NCBI GenBank assembly: GCA_964016885.1
Contig: OZ024740.1
Coordinates: 171,988,001 to 172,052,000 of the forward strand
DNA length: 64,000 bases
DNA from: Eledone cirrhosa
Taxonomy: Eukaryota
Direction: 5' to 3'
The notes beneath the pieces are model-generated. The model was not told the DNA's origin, ran no database searches, and saw nothing but the letters and a program-made list of their open reading frames with translations. Positions 25,385 to 41,064 of this stretch are shown here, piece after piece (the first letter of the stretch is position 1; each line of letters opens with the position of its first letter). The translations under genes and the position numbers were made by a program.

Positions 25385-26230
25385 AATGTGTTCATTGGAG
25401 ATGGTTACATGTTCTGTAGCTCCTTTTTGAAGTTATCCACGACCTCCATATAGCGTTCCTTTGTGACTGTAGTATTGATACCATTTTCTTCGAAGAAGAA
25501 TGGGTCAATCAACTCTCTCTTACAAATGGTAGCCCAGGCGGTGCATTAACCGAGTAGGGAGGTTTCACAGTCACTTCAGTGGATTTCTTTGACTCCAGAA
25601 CACATTGTTCTTAGAGGCTATCTTCTCCCCAGAGTGAAGGTGGGCTTCGTCAGAGGTCCACAGCAGATTCAGAAAATTTGGGATGCTTATCTTCTTCAGC
25701 ATTTTCTTAGCCACAACCTTTCTCTTGGTCTTATCAGTCACGGCTAGCTTTTTTTTAGTCTGTATTCTTTGACAAACCATCTGCAAGTTTCTATAGAGAT
25801 CCGAGATTGGCTTCTCTTTTGCAGTAATCGGTTTGGCCTCTGTTAAACAGACTCTCGGACTACGTCAATAACGTCATGTGTACGGTTCCTGAGTCGTCCA
25901 GAGTGGCTAGGACGGTCTTCGGACATTGTATTGAGGTTCTCCACTGTCCCATAGGTTTCAACCTTCTCCATCCAATTTTGAAGAGAGATTTGTCCGTTCC
26001 AAAAAAATGCATGAAATTGTTCCTGAACTCGCTTTTACGAGACACACTTATAGTAGTGTTTCACAAAGAAAATACGGTACTGGAGCTCTCATTTCATTGG
26101 TGTCTTCTCTTCTCAGACGTTGTATATGCCATCTCCTAGAATTTAAGGTTGATCGGTTAGAAATTGTATATACAGTGACACAAACATGAGTGAAGCCAGT
26201 TCTAAATGTTTACCTGTAAACATACCATAT
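25385..26230 (-). mobile_element. Tc1/mariner-superfamily transposase relic
   Basis: LLWTSDEAHLHSG...KNNVFWSQRNP, then AW...PFFFEE...TVTKERY; frameshifts. Confidence 0.8.
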
Positions 26231-26435
26231 TTCTTTAGAAATACGAAATTCTAATACATATCTGTATACAGCTATGCATGAAGCTAAATCCTAATTATAT
26301 ATATATATATATATATATAGTCGTAGAACACTGGGAGATTATATCCGCAGTAAGTAGAGCACTCAGTCCATGGGACAAGTTCGGTCCCCTTGTCGATGAC
26401 CTTGCGCATGACCAGCCAACTTCATATTAACTTCC

Positions 26436-26476
<41 letters not shown>

Positions 26477-27063
26477 AAGAGTATCGTTGACAAATAATAC
26501 ATTTCTATTGGTAGTTGTGCGCCCGCCCTGCAGCGGCTTTCAAACCCTGTTGTCAGAGGCTATATGAGACGTAAGCTGTTTGGGGTATTTTAGTAGAGTA
26601 GATTCTTAGGCCTACTCACACCCCGGCCATTATAACCTTAGGATATAAATACATATGTATCTTCTACCCCCCCCCCCCCCCTCTACCCCCCACCCCCACA
26701 CACATAAATATATATGCACATATATAAAATTATATTACCAACATTGGTTACGTGATTGTGTGTGAAAAACAACAGTAAATGATATTATCCGGAAACGTGG
26801 ATTCGATGTCACGTGTTTACTGGTATGTGTTTCTACGTCTATGTTCGAAGACCTGTATTTATGTTCGAATTTATGTAAGTTCCTTCTGCCTTGTTGACTA
26901 GTGTGCACATGTGTGTGTGAAAAAGAGAGAGAAAGCGTGTGTATGAGAAAGAGAGAATGTGTGTGTGTGTGAGAGAGAGAGTGTGTGAGAGAGCGAAAGA
27001 GAGAGAGAGAGTGTCTGTGTGTGCGCGCGTGAGAGAGAGTGTGTGTGAGAGAGAGAGGGAGAG

Positions 27064-27134
<71 letters not shown>

Positions 27135-27996
27135 TAAAAGAGAAATTAGAGAGAGTTTATATGAGAGAAAGATATAGGCAGAGAGATAAAGTAATACCTG
27201 TATGTGTTTTAGTGTGCGTATGTGTATAAATGTATATGTATGTGCGTATGTTTGGGTGAATGTGTGCTTTCGTTTGTGTTAGTTTTTATAATAAGTACAG
27301 AAAGCGGGAAAGAGAAAAATAAGCTATTGATAAAGCGGGAAATTGTGTGAGATTTCATGTACAAAAGGAAAACAGGAAAATACGAAATAAAGATATAAAG
27401 AAAAAGAAAGGCTAGGCAAATGCTTAGAGGCTGGCAGATAACGAGTGAGTGAAACTGCCACAAAGACTCCACAAAGAAATGCCTGTTTGATTAAATTTCA
27501 AATACACAGTCAAGTTCACGTGATCTCTCATTGCCAATGAAACAATGTTAAGTGTGTATCAGTGTCTATTTGATGTGTGTCTATTATAGGTTTATACGTG
27601 TATATAATCATGTGTCTACGTGTGTATATGTTTGTGTGTGTGTGTGTGTGTATTTGTGTATTTTAATATATATATGTATATATATGTATGTGTGTGTGTG
27701 TGTACGTGCGTGCGTATGTATATAGAAAGATAATGAAATAAACGTTAAGACAGAAGTTACATAATCATATTTATTATACGTATTTCTGTGACATCAGCAT
27801 GGAGCTGATATGCAATCGTTACAACAGCAACCGGAACCGGTGTGACGTCATCAGATGTTAACACGATTATATGAGCGTATTGATATGCTGTTGGCTAACG
27901 CTACCATGCTTGTGCAAGTCCAGCGAGACGTCATAACGTAATTGTTAGGAATATATACACACATACATATACGCGCGCACACGGCATATATATATA

Positions 27997-28052
<56 letters not shown>

Positions 28053-28360
28053 AAAAGAAATCAAAAATGCAACTAAAGTCTTTTTAAGAATATTTATTTA
28101 TTTCCTTTACCGGTTTCACAGTTCTTATGTTTTTAGCATGAGAATGAGATGGAGGGTTTGTGGTTTTACTCCCATCTGGTCGGTGTTCGAAAGTTATTTC
28201 TGTTTTATGTGGAAAGAGTAGCTCGAATCTTCAAATGACCGCTACATATGATGTTTTCAAATCGCTAGAAATAGCTCATTTTCCAGGCTAGCTTTACTCA
28301 ACCGCAAGGGAGTATAGAAAATTTATTGATTTCGCTATATTTATATATATATATATAAAT

Positions 28361-28459
<99 letters not shown>

Positions 28460-28577
28460 GAATAGAAAACGAAAAATCAGTGATGTATCTGAACTCAATT
28501 TATTGTGCGTTACAATTGTTTCCCCGGCGGACAGCTCGAGACGCGATGATTGTGTGGATCTGTCTGATTCTGGACTC

Positions 28578-28726
28578 GCAGGTTCGACGGACACGTCTAA
28601 TGATTTCGGAGCATATTCTCTCACTGGGTCAAATACTCCAGTGAGAGAATATGCTCCGAAATCATTAGACGTATCCGTCGAACCTGAGTGATGAGCTGAT
28701 CACATAGTGTGATCAGCTCATCACTC
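28578..28726. repeat. Two adjacent hairpins (28578-28685 and 28686-28726)
   Basis: CAGGTTCGACGG...CTCACTGG / CCAGTGAG...CCGTCGAACCTG; GAGTGATGAGCTGATCACA-tag-TGTGATCAGCTCATCACTC. Confidence 0.9.
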
Positions 28727-28734
28727 TACCTAAC

Positions 28735-30152
28735 TCCTTTTTATCTCAATAACTATTAGGAATAAACATAAAACTAACACCATTTAATATAACCACTATA
28801 TTTTGCTTATATTCTATTCAGGAATGGATAAATATTAATATGATGAGACACTTAATGTAGTATAGGAAAATAAATTATATTTATAATTAAATATATAAAT
28901 TAATAGCATTATATATATGAAATTCACTTATAACATAATATAATGTATATTAATAGCACAAGAGATTTAACTAGTTAGACCTGTAAACAACTATACATTC
29001 TTACCAATTTCCTATACATATACTTTATTCAGTAATGGATAGATAACAATATAATGAGACCTTTAATGTAAAATAGATTATATTTAAAATTAAACACAAA
29101 CAAATAGCATTATATAAAAGGGATTCACTTATAACAAAATATAATGTATAACAACACAAAGAATTTAACTAATTAGAGCTGTAAACATCTTTACATTTTT
29201 TCTAAATTCATTTACAATGAAATCGCTAGTTACCTCCCCTTTCGTATTAGCTCCCTTAATATAGATCAAACTCACTTCCGGAAATTAAACCGTTAGAAGC
29301 ACCACTCCACAACAAATCGAACCTCGGATAACAATATATTAGGACCGGTATTCAATCCATGGCTGTGACTGATTAAAAACATTCACTAAAATAAAACATA
29401 GCCAATGTGATGGAAAAAATAGCAATAACATTGATACTCTCAACACATACACATTTGAACATTACAGTAACAATTATCACACTACATCCACCGTAAACTA
29501 ATAATTTTAATACAAAAACAGCTTTACCTGCTTGTAAACATATATTGTTTTATGTGATACCTTTGCCTCGCAGAAATTATATATGCCTAGTACAATTGCT
29601 TGTTTCCTTCCTGTATATGCCTATTGAATTTGCACTCTCTATACGCTTGCAAATGTACTGCTAGTGTCCTCGTTTCACGAGTAACTTTCTACCTTAATGT
29701 CTCTAATTGTTATACTAATCTCTGTCGCATGCATTCCACTCTGTGCCTTTTTAACTTTTAATTTTTAATTTTTAATTTTAATTATTGCACAATTCTCTTG
29801 AAATCTATGTCGCATCCTTTCCACACTGTAATTACGAAACTGTTGTTGGCAACATTAATATCCATGTATCTATATGACTGTTCAGTTGAATAGGAGGTTA
29901 ATTATATGTACAAACATTGCTAATGCTCCGATGATTCCAAACGATAGTTTGGAAGAAACGATTGTCAGCAATAAAATGATTTGAACATAGCTTTGATTAT
30001 TGTGTAATTTATATTCCGGCTCTGTAAAACATCTCATGTATTTACATTGAGCTATTTTTCTTACTGATAATAAGGTAGTAATAAATTACTGACCTTTCCT
30101 GTTTATAGTTGTATATAGTGTATACATAACTATAAATAATATTATTATATAT
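28735..30152 (+). mobile_element. Second copy of the 20578-21770 element (opposite orientation), with an internal tandem duplication and a 3' hammerhead
   Basis: Reverse-complement homology along ~1.2 kb; duplicated ~200 bp block at 28800-29190. Confidence 0.8.
29924..29970 (+). ncRNA. Type I hammerhead-like ribozyme, CCGAUGA core variant
   Basis: Same as 21881-21927 but with stem II loop GAUA. Confidence 0.72.
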
Positions 30153-31014
30153 AGTGTAATGAATTCCGTAAAAAGATTTTATATCCAAAAGTGGCAGAGT
30201 AACTTTATATCCAGAGTTGTGAAATACAAAATTTGGTTAAATTTGGTTTATCTGTCGAATACACGTGTTTCACTGGGTAAATTGTTATTTCTACAGCTCG
30301 TCAGTTCGACATCTTTGTTATGGATGTTAGGATTAAAGTTCTACAAGAGAGTTCTTATAGAAGGGAGAATAACTTTAACTTAGACATGATATTTTTTCAG
30401 GATTTTCCATTTAATGGTGACCTCTGCACCTACACCTTTGAGGGACCAAACGTGACTTGCCGGCTTCGTGGCTTATCTTTTATTCGCGTGCCTAAAAGTA
30501 ATTTCATGGATTAGGAAGCAACTTTTGAAGCGACCTTCCGACATGCCCTCATAGGTCCTGACTTTCTGCTGCTAATTCGGTTAAATGGAAGTTACCTCAG
30601 CTTCATATAACATCGCGGGTGTGTTGCACTGCTGATCCAGAAGGTATGATTCCGGCTTCCTGCAAGAGCATCCTGGTACAGGACCGCTCTTGGGTTTGTT
30701 GGTAACCTGGGCTTTCATGTTTTTCACGCAGGAGTAGCCGATTTTCTATGTATGTCGGTTACAAATTGGTTTATACTTATACTCTTCTTTTGTAAATAAC
30801 GATTAAAAAAGCATTTTTAATCATTAAGCCAAGTGACAGTGACAATTCTTAGCATCATAGATAGCTTAGTAAAAGTCCGAGAGATCGGCTTCATATATAC
30901 GATGTTTGTTGAGATTTGAAAAAAGCTGTGATTCAGTTATCTATTGGCGGGAACCCGTTTGTAAAAGTGACCACTTAAATTTTCCTACATTGTTGCTTTT
31001 TTTTTGTTGCTTTT

Positions 31015-31936
31015 TTAGGCCTAAAAAGATCGACCTCGCGCAGGACGTCCATTCGACTTCAATGACGCGTAACTGCGTGAGCCAATAGACGTCGACGCAC
31101 GCCAGATATCACGTAAACTCTCCGAAGTGCTTGGGGCATCGAAACAACCATTCCCAATCCTTTGCATGCAATTGGGAAGGTGTTCGAGCTGGACCAATGA
31201 GTGCCCCAAAATCTGACTGACCGTAATCGTGAATGTCGAGCAGCAGCTGCGACTTTTTTTAATCTCCTATCATTGCATAACCAACTGGTTATGTTATATT
31301 GTCACTGGTGATGAAAAATCGTCTCTATACATTGATAACAAGTGCAAGTGATCGTGAGTTGATAACAAGAGGGCGCAGAGACGGCAATCAAAGGCTGGCT
31401 TCCATCATCGCAAGGTCCTAATGAGCATCTGGTCGAACTAGAAAGGTGTCATCCACTACGTGCTGCTCCCACCTAACACCATCATGACTTATAACGTCTA
31501 ATGCCAACAGATTAGAGGCGGAATCGCACAGATACACCCATACGTCCAGTTTGATTCCTTCATGATAAAAACTCGGCCACATACATCAAGGATGACCTGT
31601 GAGAAGCTGCTGGAGCTAGGTTGGGATGTTCTGTCTCACCCACCGTCTTCACCTGACCTCCCACCTATAGACAATCACCTATTTCTCTCAATGAGCAATG
31701 CAATGCAGTCAATGACCTTCGCCAATAAAGACCAGTTAAATCTGTGGTTGACGGAATATTTTCCGTCAAAGCCTAAATAATTCTACAGGGATGGAATCAT
31801 GTGCCTTCCTAAACGACGGCAGTCGTAAATCGCGAATGATAACGATTATTTTGACTTGTACATTTCTCCTAATGTTAAAAACCGCCTAACTCAATAAAAA
31901 TGTGAAAAACGGTGACAACTTTAAACCCAACCTAAT
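31015..31936 (+). mobile_element. Mariner (DD34D-type) transposase relic with right TIR
   Basis: IVTGDEK, HD-TRPHTS, LGWDVLSHPPSSPDLPP-D-HLFLSM, FYRDGI-LPKR; end ...AAACCCAACCTAATA. Confidence 0.85.
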
Positions 31937-32594
31937 ATTTGCTAGTGCAATCTTACCTGCTGTTTTATCAGTGGATTACATTTTGAAAAATGCTTTAACA
32001 ATTTCCTTGATCTTCCCCCGCAAAAAAGAAAGTTCAGACACAAACATATATATGCAGACAAGCAGACACACAAAACAAATCTTTACAAAACTGACATCTC
32101 TACATATAATTTACTTTTTTAAGACTAGCCATTGAACTAACAACTGTTCTTTCACTCCTAACCAGCTATTGGGACCCTGAACCCTTGATGGAGTTGTACG
32201 TCGCTCTCGTGATACACAGCGCAGCTTGACCAATTTAAACCTGGTGCAATCCATCCAGACCCAAGTCTGAGCACAGCCAATTAATTTCAGAGAAAAGGGA
32301 ATGAAGGAGAGAGAAAGAGAAAGAAAGAAAATACGATATATATATATATTTATGTATATATATATATGTATATCTTGAATGTAGTTTGACCCTTACACTA
32401 CACTTCTTTCTCCCTTTCTTTCTTTCTTCCCCTTCTTCTTTGACGGAGTGGTAGTAGTACATTATAGGCCTGCGCCCCCTTACCAGATATTCACTGGTAG
32501 TTTTCGGTTGCCAACACTTTGAGGGTGGCTGGCTGTGAAGCTAGTTGGTCAGCTGCCCTCTCTGTCTCTGGTTTCTCGGACCCATGGTTTTTCG

Positions 32595-32890
32595 GACCCA
32601 TGGCTTTTTACATATTCCTTTGTTATATTCCAATAGCTGATGATATCACCGGATTCATATGGAACCCGGTCATTGAAATGATCATAGTATAATAAGCCTT
32701 TCAAGGATTTACACCAGTCCAGCCTCCTGTTATTTCATTTATAATTAACTCCGTATTCGCACCACCAACTACACAAACGGAGATGGGTGAACTGCACTGC
32801 GTTGAATACTCTTCACAATATTACACCAGGATTGACCATACGGAATGACCAGTTCTATCCAGTGGTGAACCAACAAACATTAAGAAAAAA

Positions 32891-32958
<68 letters not shown>

Positions 32959-33058
32959 TTAATATAGATGAGATTCTACAGGACTAGAACTGTTTCATTC
33001 TTTAGAAATCATCAGGATAGATAGATATATATCTCTCTTTAAGATTGGTTTACTCTTG

Positions 33059-33124
<66 letters not shown>

Positions 33125-33910
33125 TTCAAGAGTAAACCAATCTTAAAGAGAGAGATGGAGATAGGAGAGGAGAAGAGAGATTGGTGAATTAGTTAGAAGC
33201 CAAAAGCGTAAAGGCATGTGCTCAACGTGCAATATGCAGTGGAAGGCTGGGTTCATGCAGAGGTTAGGTGCACAGAGATGGAAATATTCATTAGTTAAGC
33301 AAAACAAGACCACAAATTTCACAAGGAAGACATTATTTAAAGATTGTCAACATAGTTGTAGTTTAATGTAAGGAATGTAAGGAATGTAAGGAATAATAAT
33401 AATAATACTAATAATGTCCATTTACAATTATTTCGCTACTCCATATAATGTTTCTGGATCAAATGACTATAGATCATTATTGATCTGGTTCAGATGAAGA
33501 TAATTAACTTAGGTAAAAATGGAGCAGTTCATCGGAACTTCAAAAGAGATAACGAAAATAATGATAAGGAATATAAATTAAGATAAGGTCGTCCTCTTGT
33601 CTCTGATTTTCAGCCCCATGGATTTTATCTGTTATATTCCTTTGTTATATTTTGAATACCTGATGATGTCACCGGATTCATACTGAACCTGGTCATTAAA
33701 ATGATCATAGTATAATAAACCTTTCAAGGATTTACACCAGACCAGCCTCCTGTTATTTTATAATAATTAACTCCGTACTCGCACCACCAACTACTCAAAC
33801 GAAAACGGGTGAGTTGCATTACGTTGAGTGCTCTCCATAATATTACATCGAGGTTGACCATACAGACTGACCAGTTCTATCCAGTGGTTAGCTTACAAAC
33901 CTAAATAAAT
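32595..33910 (+). mobile_element. Pair of ~290 bp direct repeats (32595-32885, 33616-33910), each with a hammerhead (32633-32690, 33656-33713)
   Basis: AUAC-CUGAUGA-...ACCGG...CCGGU...-GAAAU-GAUC-AUA-GUAU; each copy ends at (TA)n. Confidence 0.75.
33031..33155. repeat. Short inverted repeat enclosing a (TA)n tract
   Basis: TCTCTCTTTAAGATTGGTTTACTCTTGAACT ... AGTTCAAGAGTAAACCAATCTTAAAGAGAGA. Confidence 0.9.
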
Positions 33911-34066
33911 AAATATATATATATATATATATGTAGATAAATCTACCAAGAGTTTACGGTAGTGTCCAATCCGTATGAAGAACTCAATGTAATCCGGATA
34001 TCATGGAAAGAAGAGATGCAATGAAAAATCACTTTCGGTGAAAGATAAACGGAATACAGAGTCAAG

Positions 34067-34482
34067 ATAAAATATTAAAAAAATAATGAATAAAACAATG
34101 AAACAGTTCCTTATATTAAACAAAAAAAGTTCATTATTTAACGATCGTTTCTAGGATATATATGTGTTAGAATTGGCATGCATATTCAACAGATCTATGT
34201 ACAAAATTATACAAAATTATACAAACTATCAAAATTAAATATACATACCAAACACATATATATGCCGTCTTCAGAAATAATTTCTGAAGACGGCATATAT
34301 ATGTGTTTGGTATGTATATTTAATTTTGATAGTTTGTATAATTTTGTATAATTTTGTACATAGATCTGTTGAATATGCATGCCAATTCTAACACATATAT
34401 ATCCTAGAAACGATCGTTAAATAATGAACTTTTTTTGTTTAATATAAGGAACTGTTTCATTGTTTTATTCATTATTTTTTTA

Positions 34483-34491
<9 letters not shown>
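34067..34491. repeat. Apparently perfect palindrome (~212 bp arms, 1 nt loop at 34279) with a long-domain-II hammerhead-like motif (34280-34422 and mirror)
   Basis: GCCGTCTTCAGAAAT-A-ATTTCTGAAGACGGC centre; AUUU-CUGAAGA...GAAAC-GAUC-GUU-AAAU. Confidence 0.9.
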
Positions 34492-34545
<54 letters not shown>

Positions 34546-34774
34546 TAAAATAACAGATTAAAGTTTAAGCAAAGAATCGCTGCTTTCACCCTTAACGGGA
34601 TCTTCTGAAACTAACAAAGTCAATCTGTGAACGCAGAAGTGAATATTTCAAAAAACGTTGCAACCGGAGGAAGACAGGAAGACGATACTTTGGTTCGTGG
34701 AAACGTTCCCTGGCAAAGAACGGGAAAAAACGAATATAATAATATTATTGATCTGGTTCAGATGAAGATAATTA

Positions 34775-34878
34775 ACGCCGAGGTTAACTTTGCCTTTCAT
34801 CCTTACGGGGTCGATAAAATAAAGTACCAGTAATGCACTGGGTAATTGCTGGCCTTGTGCCTAAAGTAGAAACAATTA
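34775..34878 (+). repeat. 5'-truncated tRNA-derived SINE
   Basis: GCCGAGGTTAACTTTGCCTTTCATCCTTACGGGGTCGATAAAATAAAGTACCAG. Confidence 0.85.
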
Positions 34879-36057
34879 TTTGGAGCGGTGAAAAACAATT
34901 ACACGCAAAGACAAAACCACGTTTATGGTATAAAAGAAGTCGTAGACTAATATTCTCTTAGGTGGTTCATAGAGACGTTCTCTGGCAATGAATGAACGGG
35001 GAAAACGAAGATAATACGTCATATGTGGAGCGTGGAGAACAATTGCACGCAAAGACAAAACCACGTAATTGGTATAACTGAAGTCGTAGACTAAAATTCT
35101 AACTAGGAAACCGAATGATTCTCGGCTTCAGAGTTAAGAATAAAGTAAATAAAATAAAGAGGTAATTGATATTAAATAAATACATACACGCATCCATTTA
35201 TGTACATACACAAGCATACGCGAAAAACTCGCCATAGGTATACAAATACACGCACATATAAATATGTGTGTGTGTGCGCGTGTATACAAATAATTAAATA
35301 AACGTATGTAAATAAATAAATACGTATATAACAAGCGCACACACATACCTACATGTAAATACACATATGTTTATCAAATATATCATTTCCCAGACGACTC
35401 GTTTCATTATAAGATTTCTACAAGTTGGGTGAAATTTTACCAAGTTATGTAGAAGCTTGTATAAGATCAACAAATACTTATTCAAGTGGGCTCTTATAAA
35501 TCTTCAGTGGGTACCCAATAACATTAATATTGATAACCAAATCAACATCAATATTTAGCAATAATTACCATCAGTGCTTGAGGGGACTGCTAGGTTGTTA
35601 GTCCAGCAGTTCTAAAGAAAATCTCACACTGTCCCGAAAATGGGAGGAAGGAATCTACCGCCAAAAACAATACATGCGCAGGTCGTTGAACTCTGACAAG
35701 AATTCAAGCCACGTGCTATAGAACTCAATTGGATATGAAAAAATAACCATATGTGCGCATCGCTTTATGACATATATAGATATTTTTTCGGGCAAAATAA
35801 TAGAATGAGATACAAGAACAAACAATCAATATTCATATAAAAAATAAACAAAGAGAGTCATACCTTATATCGGGAAAGTTCATATCTGTTACTCCAAGAG
35901 TAAATATATAAATACATAATCGGAGAAAGCTAAAAGCGATACTCCGGCCAAATTCCAACTCACTCAACAAACATTAGGAAATACCTGAGTATATTCCCAA
36001 TTAATCGTTTGGGGTGCTAACTATATTGTATTGTATGGATAATTGGCTGTATTATTT

Positions 36058-36600
<543 letters not shown>

Positions 36601-36959
36601 TTTAAAAGGGTACGTCAAAGCTTATTTGTAAAACTGTTATATATTGTATTTTGTCTGATATTAACCATAATTTAATTTGGTATCCCTGAAATATGTATAA
36701 TGAAATAAATATGGTTTTATAAATATAGTTTCCATTTATTAATATCGTATATATATATATATATATATTATTATTATGTAATAAACAACATAAGGCAATT
36801 ATTCCATTTACCAGTGGTTTCTTAAAAGCAAAAGGTTTTGCTTTCAATCCTCAGAATGAAAAATCCTGGTTTGTTTATTGAATATGGATTCTAAAAACAA
36901 AAATGCAATCTATGTGAAAGTGAGGCTGGAAAAGAGAGAAGGAAAGGAAAAATAAAATA

Positions 36960-37072
36960 AAACTACACATGCAAACACACACAAAAAAACACAAAAGCAT
37001 ACTTACACACACATACATATATACACATATATATAAAAAAATATATAAATGCACGCATACACATATACATAT

Positions 37073-37104
<32 letters not shown>

Positions 37105-37165
37105 AGAGCGTACACCTACACACACATACACATATATACACACATATACACATACATATATTCAT

Positions 37166-37216
<51 letters not shown>

Positions 37217-37237
37217 TATATATACACATGTACATAT

Positions 37238-37310
<73 letters not shown>

Positions 37311-37696
37311 TGTGTGTGTACAAGCATACACATACACACACACATATATATACACACACATATACATACATTCACACAAACATACAACGTACAAACATAC
37401 ACATACATGAATGCACTCCACTACATATTAACATACGCAAATAAATATAAGAAAAAAATATATAAATATATATTAACAAATATTTGACAGCGATACATGC
37501 CCCAGCTAACAGGACAGACACGCGTGGTAAGTAATACACACAAAAGCACATATACATACGTACGAAATAGTAAACACATACACACACTCTCACACATAAA
37601 TATACATATACAAATACATAAACACGTACATACACATTCATACACAAACACGTACACGTATACAATATAAACACACACATGTATATGTAATTATAT

Positions 37697-37745
<49 letters not shown>

Positions 37746-38100
37746 CAAAAATATAAAAATATAAACGCACACACACATATAAATACGTAAACACACATAT
37801 ACATACATAGCTAAACAATTATACACATGCAAATACGTATATATCAAAAGAACGCACAACCAAATACAAACACACACACATACACACACACACACACACA
37901 CACAAACCCACACATACATAAAAATAAATAAATACACACGCACACATATACATACATACACATACATATACATATATACATATATACATATATATATATA
38001 CACATATATACATAAATATATATATATATACACACATACACGTACACATACACACATGCATACACATACACACACACACATGCATGTGTGTATGTGTAAA
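36960..38100. repeat. Compound CA/TA low-complexity microsatellite field
   Basis: Direct. Confidence 0.9.
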
Positions 38101-38277
38101 GCTCAGTATTAGATAAGACAAATGAACCTTACATAAACGTATATATAGTAGTAAAGTAATAAAGCCATACAAGGCAATTAATCCATTCACCAGAGGTTTC
38201 TTAAAAGCAAAAAAAATTAAGCTCTGTTGCATACATAGAGCACTCTTTTTTCCTGGACTTTTCCGATGGAATTACTT

Positions 38278-38339
<62 letters not shown>

Positions 38340-38394
38340 CATTATCGGAGAAAGCTTAACAAATGGAAACTATATTTATAAAACCATATTTATT

Positions 38395-38453
38395 CTATTA
38401 TACATATTTCAAGGGCCACCAAGGCAAATTATGGTGCGCTTTCATCAGATAAA
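38395..38453 (-). ncRNA. Type I hammerhead-like ribozyme (degraded inverted copy at ~36650-36705)
   Basis: UUAU-CUGAUGA-AAG..CACCA...UGGUG..CUU-GAAAU-AUGU-AUA-AUAG. Confidence 0.6.
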
Positions 38454-38905
38454 ATACAACACAGATTAGTTTTATAAATAAATATTGACATACCCTGAAA
38501 AAAGACAACCTTAACGGTTGGAGCTGATTGTTGAGTGCTTTATATCAGTTATAAAAATGTTTAAGCTTGTTGAATCCCAACAAATTAATTATAACCTCTG
38601 CATATATATATATATATATATACACAGAGATATCCGCGGTAAGTTGTGGGGTCTAGTCTGCATGAAGAACTCAATGTAATCCATATATATATATATATTT
38701 CCCCTGTGTTGTTTACTTGTCTCACTCGCTTTACGCGTTTTAATTGTCCTAATAACTTATTTTAGTTATTATTGCACCAACGTGAGGTATATGATTTTTA
38801 ATGCAATGAAATACCAATGACCGTTGGCAAATCACTGATGAGGGACTCATTTTATAACATGTTATCCATGTGCAACCATGCAGTATTCTTCTCCCCATAT
38901 TTTTC

Positions 38906-38992
<87 letters not shown>

Positions 38993-39349
38993 GATAGAAG
39001 GATCAATACCCATATTAGACTAGTACTTTATTTATTGACACCGAAAGGAAGAAAAGAAAAGTTGAGCTCGGCAGGATTTGAACTCAGAACGCAGAGAGCT
39101 GAAACGAATTCAAACTGCCAATTCGATTCACCACCTCAACTACATATTATTATATTGAATCAGTTACAATACTTACAAGTCTCTTTCCAAATAACTTTCA
39201 ATCATCCACACCTAATCTTATAACCTAATCTCATAGGAGCTTTGTTGAATTTGCACTCAGTTGACATGTCTTTAAGAACAAGACTCTATATGCTACACCA
39301 TCGATTAACGACAGCAGTACGCTTCATTTCACCTTCACACCCACCCATA

Positions 39350-40665
<1,316 letters not shown>

Positions 40666-41064
40666 CTATGACGTCAATCTATTTAGTGGATAGTTATCTC
40701 ATTGCATCTGTTTTGGAACAGATGTTGAATTGGGTTATTGAGTGAAAGCGAGCTACAGAATTGACGCATGTTCCTATCGTTAATTAACAATGACTTAGCT
40801 GAAATATATTCAGTGTTTTGCAGTTAAAGGCCAGGAAGATCCCCTTTTAGTTTTTTTGTTGACCTTTATAACGTAGCTTGAAGTACTGATTGAGAATGAA
40901 ACGTTTGTTGAGCGAAACAATGTAGTCACCAAAGAAGTGCGTATTAACAGACCTCATGCAAAAGCTGGTAATATACTCAGGCAAGATGTGACATCTAGAT
41001 GCAACACTCCCTTTTCATACTGTTCATCAAATGTTTTAGTCATCTTCTCCTTGTTCTTGCCCGT

